From a virus (taxonomy: Duplodnaviria; Caudoviricetes): 64,000 bases of DNA. The translations under genes and the position numbers were made by a program. The notes beneath the pieces were generated by a model. That model worked only from the letters and a program-made list of their open reading frames with translations, was not told where the DNA came from and ran no database searches. This document shows positions 43,050-52,414 of the stretch, one piece after another. Numbering within the stretch: the stretch's first letter is position 1; each line of letters starts with the position of its first letter. Location: positions 2,131 to 66,130 of the IMG/VR virus record IMGVR_UViG_3300024187_000007. One strand, written 5' to 3'.

Positions 43050-44081
43050 TTAGCCGTTGATACCGAACAACACGCGCATCAGGCGGGGAGCCTGGTTCGT
43101 CACGTTGCCCGAGAAGAAGTACTGGCCCGCCACGACCGTCGAATCCTGCGCCGGCTTGAAGCCGCTGAATCCGAAGCCGAATTCCGGGTCGTTGGTCACG
43201 TACATGCGCAGGTACTTCGTGTTGAGGTAGTGGATGGTTTCGCCCGAGAGCGCGGCGTTGGCACCCAGCGAGCTGTCCACCGTCGAGACCACCGAGCCAG
43301 GCGCGTACTGCGACTGGATGACCATCGAGGCGTTAAACTTCAGGCCGTTGAAGCCGATGTTCGGATCCTGCGTTTCCGTACGCCACTGGGGCTGGAACTT
43401 CTCCTTGATGTACGACATCCCGAGGTTCGTCGTCACCATGAGGTTCGGATGCTCGTCGCCGATGACGACCGAGTTGTACGCCTCTTCGAGGATCTTGTAA
43501 GTAATCGGGCCGGCGACGTTCGCCGTCGGGCCGGTCATGGGCGAGTTCAGCGCCGCCCCAATCGTGCCGTTGCGGGAGAGCGTACCGTACGTCGTGTACG
43601 TGTTGCTGTCCCACTGCGCGGTGGTGCCATCGTTCAGCTGTTCGGCGAAGCCGTTGAGCTGGAGCGCGCGGGCCGCCGTCTGGCCGTTCTGGTAGAGGGC
43701 CAGCGCCAGCCGGGCCGACATCGTCAGCGCCGCGTTCTGGAGACGGCCATCGATCAGGCGGAACACCATCTGCGGACCCTTGTTGAAGATCTGGATCTGC
43801 TCCTTGGCGATGGAGACCGGCACGTAGTACAGCTTCGGGATGAAGCTCGCGCCCGTTTCCACCTGCGAGATGGTGATGGGGAACGTGTCACCGATGGCGT
43901 ACGCGCCACCGCCCAGCGGGGCGTAGATGAAGTTCTCCTGAATCAGCGTGCCGCCATCGAAGGTTTCGATGTTGTTCTTTTTGAGATACGCCAGCGTCGG
44001 GTCGTTCTTGAAAACCTCGTCAACGAGGCCGGGAACGATCTTGCGACGTGTGGACGTATTCAGCTCGTCCAAAAATGCCAT
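43050..44081 (-). CDS. major capsid protein (HK97 fold)
   Basis: 343 aa after the scaffold; F.GG..IQE.FIY, PNLMVT, IGFNGLKF..S.VI, YLNTKYL, N...APR. Confidence 0.85.
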   Translation of the reverse strand: MAFLDELNTSTRRKIVPGLVDEVFKNDPTLAYLKKNNIETFDGGTLIQENFIYAPLGGGAYAIGDTFPITISQVETGASFIPKLYYVPVSIAKEQIQIFNKGPQMVFRLIDGRLQNAALTMSARLALALYQNGQTAARALQLNGFAEQLNDGTTAQWDSNTYTTYGTLSRNGTIGAALNSPMTGPTANVAGPITYKILEEAYNSVVIGDEHPNLMVTTNLGMSYIKEKFQPQWRTETQDPNIGFNGLKFNASMVIQSQYAPGSVVSTVDSSLGANAALSGETIHYLNTKYLRMYVTNDPEFGFGFSGFKPAQDSTVVAGQYFFSGNVTNQAPRLMRVLFGING

Positions 44082-44121
44082 GGGTCAGACTCCTCTGGGT
44101 TGAGATCCTCAACCGCAGTTG

Positions 44122-44892
44122 TTAGAAGAAACTCTTGTGTTCCACGCCGTTCCAGTCAGAAATCGCCGCAGCCACGCGATCTACGCGGGTCTTCGGGACG
44201 TCCTTCTGGATATCCAGCACGTGCGGCTCCAGCGGCCCGGACTGATACGGGAGTTTGTGGTTGGACAACGCCTCGCGGGCACCTTCTTCCTTGGCCTTGG
44301 CGATGCGTTCCTCCATCACTTTCTCCTGTTTGGTCGTGCGATCCTCGGCGGTAAAGCGGTCGTAGGCCGCCTGCAGGGGGAGGCCGTTCTTGCCGGCATA
44401 GTCCAGCAGGGCGTCCGTATCGAGACGCTTCCCAAATTCCGAGCGGTAGTCGAACTTCAGGTCGAGCAGAATGTCCGCGAACTTGATGGCGTTGGCGTCG
44501 CGCTGGTTGAGTTCCGCCTGCCACTCGGCTTTGGCGTCCTCTTTGGTCAGGAACTTCGGCTTGGCTTTCGAGCCGTCCAGTTCGCCGAAGGTCGCCTTGT
44601 ACTGATCCAGCTGTTCCTTGGTCATCGAGACCTCTTTCACGGCCCCTTCGTACCAGTTGGACCAGCCTTTGATTTTCTCGGATTCGCCCTGGAGGTAGGC
44701 CTCCATGTCGCGCTTGGCTTTCGCCAGCTCGTCGGACTGCTTCGAGTAATCGGATCGCGCCATTACCTTTTCGCGGACGGCTTTGCTCACGCCGTCCATT
44801 CGGATGGTGTCCTCGAAGGCCTGTCGACGATCCTCGGGGATCGCGTCGAGTACTTCGGCCAGAAACGCATCAATCTCGGATTTCTTTGCCAT
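44122..44892 (-). CDS. capsid scaffolding protein
   Basis: Highly charged coiled-coil, 256 aa, immediately upstream of the MCP. Confidence 0.75.
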   Translation of the reverse strand: MAKKSEIDAFLAEVLDAIPEDRRQAFEDTIRMDGVSKAVREKVMARSDYSKQSDELAKAKRDMEAYLQGESEKIKGWSNWYEGAVKEVSMTKEQLDQYKATFGELDGSKAKPKFLTKEDAKAEWQAELNQRDANAIKFADILLDLKFDYRSEFGKRLDTDALLDYAGKNGLPLQAAYDRFTAEDRTTKQEKVMEERIAKAKEEGAREALSNHKLPYQSGPLEPHVLDIQKDVPKTRVDRVAAAISDWNGVEHKSFF

Positions 44893-44973
44893 GGGGTCCT
44901 CAGCCAGTGGTACGTGCGCACCTCCCGGTGGGGATCCCACGGGGCCAGTCCATCACGTCCGCCTTGAGCGCAA

Positions 44974-45330
44974 TTAAGTTAGATTCGATCCACCGCCGGG
45001 AAAATTCCCGGTGCCGTTGGGCGTAGCGGACGAGGGGATCCCAGAGGAGATTGCGACGCCCACCTGAGATCGCAGCTGCTGTGTCGTCTGATCGACCCAT
45101 GCGGACAGCTGCGGAGCCGCCTGAGCCAGAAGTTTGAGCGCCTGATCGATTTCCATCGCCAGCCGGACGAGCGCCCCCGAGGTCTGCGAGGCTCCCGGCG
45201 TCACGGGCTGACCGCCCTGCGGCTGTCCTCCGGCCAGACCGGCGAAGGTCGGCCCGGAGGCAGGACTTGCATTGGCGGGAAGCGGCGGCTGTCCGCCGGC
45301 TCCGCCCATCATGTCGCCTGCACCTGCCAT
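44974..45330 (-). CDS. Gly/Pro/Gln-rich hypothetical protein
   Basis: Between portal and scaffold; GGACGCTAAT-ATG coupling. Confidence 0.65.
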   Translation of the reverse strand: MAGAGDMMGGAGGQPPLPANASPASGPTFAGLAGGQPQGGQPVTPGASQTSGALVRLAMEIDQALKLLAQAAPQLSAWVDQTTQQLRSQVGVAISSGIPSSATPNGTGNFPGGGSNLT

Positions 45331-45331
45331 A

Positions 45332-45478
45332 TTAGCGTCCGAACTTTCTGCCGGCCGGACGATCCGTGACCGGACGAATCTTGAGCTTTTTCTTCAGGCC
45401 CGACCGCTTGTCCTTGGTCTTGACCGTGACGTCCGCCGGAAAGGGGAGCTTGCCGGCCGCGGCAATATCCTTGTGCAT
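45332..45478 (-). CDS. 48-aa basic microprotein
   Basis: MHKDIAAAGKLPF...RKFGR*; AGGA RBS; not in the supplied ORF track. Confidence 0.55.
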   Translation of the reverse strand: MHKDIAAAGKLPFPADVTVKTKDKRSGLKKKLKIRPVTDRPAGRKFGR

Positions 45479-45488
45479 CTGGGACGTC

Positions 45489-45572
45489 CTACTTCTTGCC
45501 GGACTTTTCGCCGACGCAGTGCGGCCCGATGCGGTCCTTGTACGGGGTCTTGATGTCGGGTTTGCTGGCCAT
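45489..45572 (-). CDS. 27-aa basic microprotein
   Basis: MASKPDIKTPYKDRIGPHCVGEKSGKK*; start 1 nt from the upstream stop. Confidence 0.45.
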   Translation of the reverse strand: MASKPDIKTPYKDRIGPHCVGEKSGKK

Positions 45573-45573
45573 A

Positions 45574-45741
45574 TTAGCGTCCTGTCGAACGGCCAGCGTA
45601 ATTGCGGGCCTTGGGCTGACGCGTCGCGGCGACCCTCGTCAGCGGGATCTTCTTGTTGCGCTTGTCGATTGCCCGCTTGAGGACATCCTTGTCGTCAAGG
45701 TTCTTCGGCAGCGGCGCGATGGGGTCAGACGGCTTCGGCAT
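45574..45741 (-). CDS. 55-aa basic microprotein
   Basis: MPKPSDPIAPLPK...STGR*. Confidence 0.55.
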   Translation of the reverse strand: MPKPSDPIAPLPKNLDDKDVLKRAIDKRNKKIPLTRVAATRQPKARNYAGRSTGR

Positions 45742-45743
45742 AG

Positions 45744-45893
45744 TTAGCGACCTGACGAAAGGGAACGCGCACGGCTGGACCGATTGCCGCCTCGACCCTT
45801 GGCCACGTAAATCTTGGCCGCGCGGGTCTTGCGCTCTTTTAACGAGAGGGACTTGGGTAAGCTGTCCCTGATGGCTTCATATTGGGCGGGCAC
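45744..45893 (-). CDS. 49-aa basic microprotein
   Basis: GTG start; MPAQYEAIRDSL...SSGR*. Confidence 0.5.
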   Translation of the reverse strand: MPAQYEAIRDSLPKSLSLKERKTRAAKIYVAKGRGGNRSSRARSLSSGR

Positions 45894-45942
45894 GTCGCTG
45901 CTAACTGCAAGTGTCGGGCTTGTCCCATGCAGCCGTCAAGGG

Positions 45943-47904
45943 TTAGGAGGTGGACGTCACTACACGGCCGTCGCCCTTCTGTTGCTGCTTGGGCGGCTGG
46001 TCATTCGTGGCCTTCCGACCTTGGGCGGAGACCGCCCCGACCAGTCCGATAGACTGGGCAAGGATCAAGCGGTCCGTGATGGTTGTGGCATCGCCGGGAG
46101 GCGCGCCACCGTTGGGAATCTCCAGCACCTCGAACAGGGTCCACGGGTCCATGAGGCCACCCTGCCACAGCTGCATGTAAGTCAGCTTCCGGCTAATCTG
46201 GCTGATGGCCAGCAGGCTGTTCGGCGTGATCTGGAACGTGAACTGTTTCATGTGGTGCTGGGCGCGGTTCGACTTCTCCAAGCGGTTGTCGTACTTGGGG
46301 TCGTAGCCCTCGTCGCCCTCGGACATGGACGGAATCATGTTGCCCGGGTCGAAGTCGAAGTCGGCGAAGTCCAGCCCGGCCTCGCCCAAGATCGAGATGC
46401 GGCGGCTCATGTTGTAGAACTGAAAGAAGTTGCACTTCACCATTTCGCCAACCTCACGGAGGAATACTTCCATGAGACGACCTTTGAGGCGCAGTACCGG
46501 CGATAACGCCTCTTGGAGCCGTTCGACCGAGTCGGCCCCGGGGGCCTGATTCAGCTGGGTCAGGGCGTTGAGATTGGCTACGTCCGCGTGGTAGTCCATC
46601 TCGGACACGGCCATCTTGAGCATGTCAAAGACGTAGGACGGCAGCTGCGGGGCTTCCGTGAACTCCAGACCCTTTCCCAACTGGGCGTTGATCTTGGCCT
46701 TCAGGCCAGGCATCCGGGTGTCGATCGACTGCCACTGGGACTCCGGCACCGCCCGGCGATCGGCAATCACACCCGGCCGCAGGGCCTTTCGGCAGGCATC
46801 CAGCGTGCCGTTGATCAGCTCGTTGACCGTGTCCTGCAGGGGCATGAGGTCGCGGACGAGGCTGGCCCCCAGCAGGCCCCACGGCCACGGGTCAAGGGTC
46901 AGTTTGGCAATGGGGAACATCCCATGCCAGTAGGGGTTAGGGCCGTCCCAGAGAACTGCAGTCCGGGTGGAAATAATCAGACGGCCACGCGGATACAGTC
47001 GGCACTCGGACTTGTCGATGATGTGGCCATCCTCAGGGGCTTCCTTGCCGACCATGTTCACGGGGTACACCTTGTACGACCAGTTGGTTCCCGGCTCGCC
47101 CATGATGATAGCTTCAGACCCGATGTGAAAGCGGCGGTCTTTGATCCAGCAGTTGAACAGATCGACTGTCGGGACGCGCTTGACGGCGTTCTGTGGCGCG
47201 GCCGTGAGGGTGTCCACAGGGGCTGGTGTCACCAACGCCGACATCAGCCGGCGTGCCCGGCTCCATGTCCGGTTGAACATGGACTGATCCCGGTCCGGCC
47301 GAATCAGATGGGCCTTCTCTGGGAACCGCGCTTGCAGTTCATTGATGGTTTTGGCCGAGCGGACAATGACCCCTTCCCAGTCCTGAATGGAATGGGTCAT
47401 GGTCGGCTTATAGGGCAAGACGTCTCGTGGGTCGCGGGGGATCAGCTTGACGTCGCCAATGCCGTTCCACGCATCGGGCATCCACTGGACTTCACAGTAG
47501 CCGGTCCCTGGGACGGCCGAGTAGCGCAGGACGTCGGCCAGCTGGACGTCACAGAAGTTGTTGACCCACCACGCCTGCGTCAGCTTCCAGAGGACCTCGT
47601 TCTGCTGCTGAAACTGGTTGTTGAAGGTCTTGAAACCGAAGAGGGGATGGATATCCGTCAGGGCGGCGATGGACTGTAGAACAATGTGCTTGGTCCGGTT
47701 GTCCGTGATGGACGACAGCATGGGCGAGCGTTTCGGGTCCAGCTGATCGCCCATAACGTACTGGATGCACCGCTCCATGTCCTCGTACATGGGATCGGAC
47801 TTGAGGATCGCTTCGCCGTCAATCACCGCGCCGTCCAGCCACTGAAGCATGGCATGTTCGTACGCCGAGGTCGTCTCGGGCAGGGGAAGTGCGTCCATCG
47901 CCAT
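45943..47904 (-). CDS. portal protein
   Basis: 653 aa between terminase and scaffold; G..GTGY.EV.W, P.D...P, W.GPNPY.HG.FP...L, P22-like architecture. Confidence 0.85.
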   Translation of the reverse strand: MAMDALPLPETTSAYEHAMLQWLDGAVIDGEAILKSDPMYEDMERCIQYVMGDQLDPKRSPMLSSITDNRTKHIVLQSIAALTDIHPLFGFKTFNNQFQQQNEVLWKLTQAWWVNNFCDVQLADVLRYSAVPGTGYCEVQWMPDAWNGIGDVKLIPRDPRDVLPYKPTMTHSIQDWEGVIVRSAKTINELQARFPEKAHLIRPDRDQSMFNRTWSRARRLMSALVTPAPVDTLTAAPQNAVKRVPTVDLFNCWIKDRRFHIGSEAIIMGEPGTNWSYKVYPVNMVGKEAPEDGHIIDKSECRLYPRGRLIISTRTAVLWDGPNPYWHGMFPIAKLTLDPWPWGLLGASLVRDLMPLQDTVNELINGTLDACRKALRPGVIADRRAVPESQWQSIDTRMPGLKAKINAQLGKGLEFTEAPQLPSYVFDMLKMAVSEMDYHADVANLNALTQLNQAPGADSVERLQEALSPVLRLKGRLMEVFLREVGEMVKCNFFQFYNMSRRISILGEAGLDFADFDFDPGNMIPSMSEGDEGYDPKYDNRLEKSNRAQHHMKQFTFQITPNSLLAISQISRKLTYMQLWQGGLMDPWTLFEVLEIPNGGAPPGDATTITDRLILAQSIGLVGAVSAQGRKATNDQPPKQQQKGDGRVVTSTS

Positions 47905-47987
47905 GGGTTAGGGCCTAACGCGACGATGACGTCGCAATGTGAACATGAAAAGAAGTCCGACGGTGGTAAGCGGAAGCCACATGCTCC

Positions 47988-48398
47988 TTATCGCCGACGG
48001 TCGTGTTTGAAGTCGTCATCTTGGCCGCGGTACCGAGGCAGGTCCTTAATGGGGGTCATGTCGTTCACGGATCGCTGACTGAAGGCCGAGAGAACAACCC
48101 CGTACTGTTTCTCGACGGCCCGGAGATGCCCCATGTTTTCGATGGTCATGGGCTTGCCGTCGGGATCGACGTGGTTCGTGGTGAAGGGGAAGACCGACCC
48201 AACGTACCGTCGACTTGGTTGAGCGAGGGGGAGCACAGTCAAGGTCCCGCCACACGACTCACAAGGAGGGTACGTCGGATCGGTCTGCTCGTCGGCCACG
48301 ATCGCGCGATTGGTCGCGGCTATGTACGTGTTGACCTGCTGGTAGAAGCGTTCTTGGGCGCGTCCGCAGGCGTTACAGGTGAAGTCTCTAAGCGGCAA
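47988..48398 (-). CDS. FmdB-like zinc-ribbon protein
   Basis: MPLRDFTCNACG...CESCGG. Confidence 0.7.
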   Translation of the reverse strand: MPLRDFTCNACGRAQERFYQQVNTYIAATNRAIVADEQTDPTYPPCESCGGTLTVLPLAQPSRRYVGSVFPFTTNHVDPDGKPMTIENMGHLRAVEKQYGVVLSAFSQRSVNDMTPIKDLPRYRGQDDDFKHDRRR

Positions 48399-48600
48399 GG
48401 TTCGCTCCCGGAGGGGTCAGAACGGCGGCTGCTGCCCGTGGGGCAAGGATGGCCAGTAGCGCAATGAACGCGTCGTGGAGCAGGCCTTCACGCATCTGGA
48501 CGCCAAACTTCGCCATGACCGCACCAATGATGATGCAGACGAACAGCGCAATAATGTGGCCCCCAGGCGTGTTCAGTGTGTCGCAAAATCTGGCAAACAT
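48388..48600 (-). CDS. small two-TM membrane protein (holin candidate)
   Basis: IIALFVCIIIGAVMA and AFIALLAILA. Confidence 0.5.
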   Translation of the reverse strand: MFARFCDTLNTPGGHIIALFVCIIIGAVMAKFGVQMREGLLHDAFIALLAILAPRAAAAVLTPPGANLAA

Positions 48601-48797
48601 TAGTGGATCACCTCTTGGACACCGTCGTCAGTCAGACGAAGGGAGAGCGGCACCGAGTGGCACTTTGGACACGGGACCAAGTAGAAGGACTCGCCCACCT
48701 TGAGGTCCTCAGGAATCAGCCGAAACAGCCCACAGGCGTGGCAATTAATGCCAAGGCGCATGCAGGGGTCGGCCAAGATGTCACCAACACGGCTCAT
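48600..48797 (-). CDS. small zinc-ribbon protein
   Basis: CHAC...CPKC. Confidence 0.55.
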   Translation of the reverse strand: MSRVGDILADPCMRLGINCHACGLFRLIPEDLKVGESFYLVPCPKCHSVPLSLRLTDDGVQEVIH

Positions 48798-48798
48798 G

Positions 48799-49167
48799 TT
48801 AGATCCGGTCGAAGATGTAGTCCAGCGCCTGATCGGCCGTGTACTTCATGAAGGCCTCGGGGGTCCATCCGTGGAACTTGGCCTGATCGCCGATCCGGAT
48901 CAGCTCCGAGGGGCTGAAGATCCGTTCGATGGCCCCAATCTTGACCGACCCGCAGTTGCGGAGGAAGTCCAGCAGCCGCTTAGGGGTCTCGACCGTGGTT
49001 TGCATCACCGCTTCAAGGGCCAAGCGGTCCGCACCCCAGACGGTCAGGCAGCGTTCGGTCGAGGGGACCTCGGCGAACCGGGTGAGGGTCTTGACCATCT
49101 CGGCATCGCCACCGCGGGCCTCGTAGGTCTCGTACAGGGCGTCAGGGATGGTCAACGTGACTTTCAT
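48799..49167 (-). CDS. hypothetical protein with RHH-like N-terminus
   Basis: MKVTLTIPDALYETY. Confidence 0.6.
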   Translation of the reverse strand: MKVTLTIPDALYETYEARGGDAEMVKTLTRFAEVPSTERCLTVWGADRLALEAVMQTTVETPKRLLDFLRNCGSVKIGAIERIFSPSELIRIGDQAKFHGWTPEAFMKYTADQALDYIFDRI

Positions 49168-49183
49168 GGGTGTCTCGTGTCCT

Positions 49184-50056
49184 TTACCAAGTCCCGCCGA
49201 AGAGGTCGTCGTCGGACTCGGCTTGCATTTGCTTCCAGCTGATGGCCCGGTTCTGGTAGTCCACCCGGGTCGTGGACGGCCGGGTCTCGTCGGCTGCAGC
49301 CTTAGTGTGCATCAACTGGGTTGCGGATGTCAACCGCCGGCGCTGTTCGGCGATGTCCTCGCCCGCGATCCACTCGTTGTCGTGGGCGGCCCAGTGGGCC
49401 ATGAGGATGGCCATCACCCGGTCGTCGTGGCGGTTGTACATGGCCGCGGCACGGGCCAGCGAGTGGTCTCGCTGAAAGGTTTTCCACTCATTAAAGAGGA
49501 AGGGGCTATTCATCACTAAATCCCCCTTCATGATGGCATGTTGCCCCCGGGCAATGAGCTTAGGACGAGTCGTCCGGTTGGTCCACCAGCCCAAGCGGTT
49601 GGTCTCCAAATGGGTCGTCCGGTCGTAGACCTTCCATTGGAACAGGTTGCCGTACTCCAGATGCGTGTTCAGGGCCAGAATGACACCGTCGCCCAACCCG
49701 TTGGCCTCCACAATGGCGATGGCCTCCATGCCGTCGGGGCCGCTATAGAATCGGCCCAGCTCGGCCACGACCGGGGCCAAGTCGATCGGGTCGTGGTAGT
49801 CCGAGGCGAACTCGGCCACCTGCTCGTCGGGGCGCTTGAGATCACCTACCCGGACCACCTCAATGACGGACCGATCCTTGCCAACGCCCTCGGCCACGTC
49901 GACGCCAATCGAGTAGGTCGCCCCACGTTCGGGCGCATCCCAGAGAATCAACCGGCCGTTCCACCAGTCATAGTCGTAGGCCGTGTCGATCTCGACGACC
50001 TTCATCCCGAGGCCGGGTCGGGCCAACTGGTCGAGCACCGCCTTAGACAGCGCCAC
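49184..50056 (-). CDS. terminase large subunit, nuclease (RNase H-like) half
   Basis: YSIGVDVAEG.GKD.S, IVEANGLG, HDDRVMA; own GGGAGG RBS 7 nt before GTG. Confidence 0.88.
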   Translation of the reverse strand: MALSKAVLDQLARPGLGMKVVEIDTAYDYDWWNGRLILWDAPERGATYSIGVDVAEGVGKDRSVIEVVRVGDLKRPDEQVAEFASDYHDPIDLAPVVAELGRFYSGPDGMEAIAIVEANGLGDGVILALNTHLEYGNLFQWKVYDRTTHLETNRLGWWTNRTTRPKLIARGQHAIMKGDLVMNSPFLFNEWKTFQRDHSLARAAAMYNRHDDRVMAILMAHWAAHDNEWIAGEDIAEQRRRLTSATQLMHTKAAADETRPSTTRVDYQNRAISWKQMQAESDDDLFGGTW

Positions 50057-51320
50057 GGTGGATCCTCCCAGCGCCGCCGGTCGTTTTGTTCACGATGTCG
50101 ATGACCGCCGCGTGGGGCCGGCTCTGGTTGTACAGCTGGTTGAGGAAGTCCGCGGGGATGATGCTGTTGGTCGTGGACTGGAAGGCCTCGACGTCGTCGG
50201 CGCAGTACTCCGTGAAGAACTTGTAGAGTTCATTCCGAGCCGCGTAGGACGCCCGCTTCCGTTCCCACCAGAATAGCTGGTCCTTGGACAAGTGGACCGT
50301 TCGGCCGGTCCATCGGGGGCTGGTCTGTTCGACCTTGGCCGCGTGAGCCAAAGCAATGTCGGAGGGTTCCCAGTCCAACGGGGCCGGCTTGGTGTAGGTC
50401 GACGGTTCGCTATACCACGGGATGAACACAGGGGTCAGGCGGTTGTTCCCGGCCTTGGCGTCTTCCCACGTATCGGGCCACCAGCCGATACAGCCCTTGG
50501 CGGACGACTCGAACACGGCGAAGGTCCTCGGGTGTTCGGGGATGGCCGGCATCAGGGCGTCATCAATCTGGCCGGCATTCTCCCACGTGGACAGCTCGGA
50601 CCCGTGGAACAAAGGGAGGGTCTTGCCCGTGCCCATCGAGCCGCGTTCGCCCGAGGACGACCCCGAGCCTTGGAGGTTCTTCGAGCTGTTGGCCAGAATC
50701 AGGTTGTCCAGTTCGTCGAAGTACATCTGCTTATCTTTGACGAGGTACTTCCGGTGGGGTCGCATCCACCACGGCATGTTGTCGTAGATGCGTTCCATCA
50801 TGTCAAAGAGGTAGGCCGACTGTTCGTCCACGTTGGCCGCGATCATTGCCGAGGTATTGGCGTAGAAAAAGACCCGATGCGGGATAATGGTCTCGCAGAC
50901 CGTAGAGGCTCCCAGTTGGCGGGCCTTGAGCAAGGCTAGCAGGATCCCGTCGCCGGTCTGCCCAGACAGACTCTTCCGCTCCTCCTTGGCGATGGCCTTG
51001 AGGAGCAACTCCTGCGATTCCCAGAAAGAAATCCGGACCTTTTCTTGGGCTTTGGTCTTGATCCACGCGTACCTCAGTGCCCAGTAGCGGTAATCGACCT
51101 TGGACCGGGCCAATTCGTGCTCGATGAACAGCTGCTCGTCCCGATCGAAGGGGCGGAGCTGGAGTTCCTGCTCTTTGTCCCAGATCCCGTCCAGCCGCTC
51201 AACGAAGTAGGCCGATTCGTCTAAGGACACGTCCCGGAACTCGAATCCGGGGTTCGTCCGGCGGCGGATCTCGTCCGCCATCTTGCCTAGACGGATGGCT
51301 GTGATGCCGGGATCGTACAT
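50043..51320 (-). CDS. terminase large subunit, ATPase half
   Basis: LLKARQLGAST (Walker A), FHGSE (Walker B), FESSAKG coupling motif, FIPWY. Confidence 0.9.
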   Translation of the reverse strand: MYDPGITAIRLGKMADEIRRRTNPGFEFRDVSLDESAYFVERLDGIWDKEQELQLRPFDRDEQLFIEHELARSKVDYRYWALRYAWIKTKAQEKVRISFWESQELLLKAIAKEERKSLSGQTGDGILLALLKARQLGASTVCETIIPHRVFFYANTSAMIAANVDEQSAYLFDMMERIYDNMPWWMRPHRKYLVKDKQMYFDELDNLILANSSKNLQGSGSSSGERGSMGTGKTLPLFHGSELSTWENAGQIDDALMPAIPEHPRTFAVFESSAKGCIGWWPDTWEDAKAGNNRLTPVFIPWYSEPSTYTKPAPLDWEPSDIALAHAAKVEQTSPRWTGRTVHLSKDQLFWWERKRASYAARNELYKFFTEYCADDVEAFQSTTNSIIPADFLNQLYNQSRPHAAVIDIVNKTTGGAGRIHRGAV

Positions 51321-51472
51321 GGGGTCGACCGGGCGGGGATCGGGTTGAGGTAGAAGTTGACCGTACGCAGGCTAAGGCCAAGTCTGATCGCGATTACTGC
51401 CTTGGTCAGTCCATGTTTGTCGCGGAGTTCGACCATCCGAGCCAAAACAGCCGGATCCACCTTTTTGGCCAC
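51287..51472 (-). CDS. small helix-turn-helix protein
   Basis: GLTKAVIAIRLGLSLRTVNFYL. Confidence 0.7.
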   Translation of the reverse strand: MAKKVDPAVLARMVELRDKHGLTKAVIAIRLGLSLRTVNFYLNPIPARSTPCTIPASQPSV

Positions 51473-51735
51473 TAGTTCGTGGTCCCCGGGGCTGGCGGGG
51501 TCTTGGCCGCAACCACAATAGCCGCCACCTGTTTGACATCGCCGACGATCTGGTTGTTGATGGCGACGCCGGCATTGACCTTGTCGACCACAGACTGGGG
51601 CACACCCGCCTGCTGGGCGATGGTCACCACTTGGCCGACGACTTCGGGATGTTCGCTGGCGGCAACAGCCCCCTTGGCGGCCAGTACCGCGACCTTGGCG
51701 AAGAAGTGTCCGAGACCTTTGAAGAAACTACCCAT
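51472..51735 (-). CDS. small amphipathic hypothetical protein
   Basis: GAGG RBS; MGSFFKGLGHFF. Confidence 0.6.
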   Translation of the reverse strand: MGSFFKGLGHFFAKVAVLAAKGAVAASEHPEVVGQVVTIAQQAGVPQSVVDKVNAGVAINNQIVGDVKQVAAIVVAAKTPPAPGTTN

Positions 51736-52414
51736 TGCTGACCTCACCCTCTTTGATATCTGCTGGACTGACGTCGTAGGCGACAGCGTCGGTGGATCGG
51801 ACGAACTTGTCCATGAACGACCCGCCGGAGACCACGCCGACCGCTGTGTTCTGCTGAATGTTGATGCCCCCCGACTTTTTGAGGAGGCCGGCCTGCTCCC
51901 AGACCATCTTCTGCTGCTCGACCTTCGCGTCCTTCACCCAAATGCCTGTCCCCAAGCACCGTTTGCAGGCCGCATTCGGCTGACCCGCCTTGAGGCACAC
52001 GCACTGCTGGCGGGTCTCGACGGCATTGGCGAGGATCTCGCGGGTCACGGTCGGCAACGCGTCGGCGATCTGGGACGTGGCGATCGCGGCGGCCTCGGCC
52101 ATGGCCCCCTTCTGGTACAGTTTGAGGACGTCCTCGGGGGTGATCCCAGCGTCGGCCGCCAAGGTCAGGACTGTGTCGCTGATCCGGCCCGGATCCAGCA
52201 GCAACGCGACGAACGCCTCTTGTTCGAGGGTCAGGGTGTTACTGGCGACACGGGCGGCGAGCTGTTGCCTACCCCCGACCGCCTGCTCAAACTTCCCAAG
52301 GGCCTTTGTTGCCCCGACCAAAGCGCCCGACCTTGGCTTCTTTGGCGACCTCGCGGTCAAAGGTGTCGGCGTCACTGGCATAACTGACTTCGATACCGGC
52401 AATGTCGACGTCAT
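51728..52414 (-). CDS. terminase small subunit candidate with zinc-finger insert
   Basis: Position upstream of TerL; helical core, CVC...CKRC, GGINIQQN tail; start uncertain. Confidence 0.5.
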   Translation of the reverse strand: MTSTLPVSKSVMPVTPTPLTARSPKKPRSGALVGATKALGKFEQAVGGRQQLAARVASNTLTLEQEAFVALLLDPGRISDTVLTLAADAGITPEDVLKLYQKGAMAEAAAIATSQIADALPTVTREILANAVETRQQCVCLKAGQPNAACKRCLGTGIWVKDAKVEQQKMVWEQAGLLKKSGGINIQQNTAVGVVSGGSFMDKFVRSTDAVAYDVSPADIKEGEVSNG

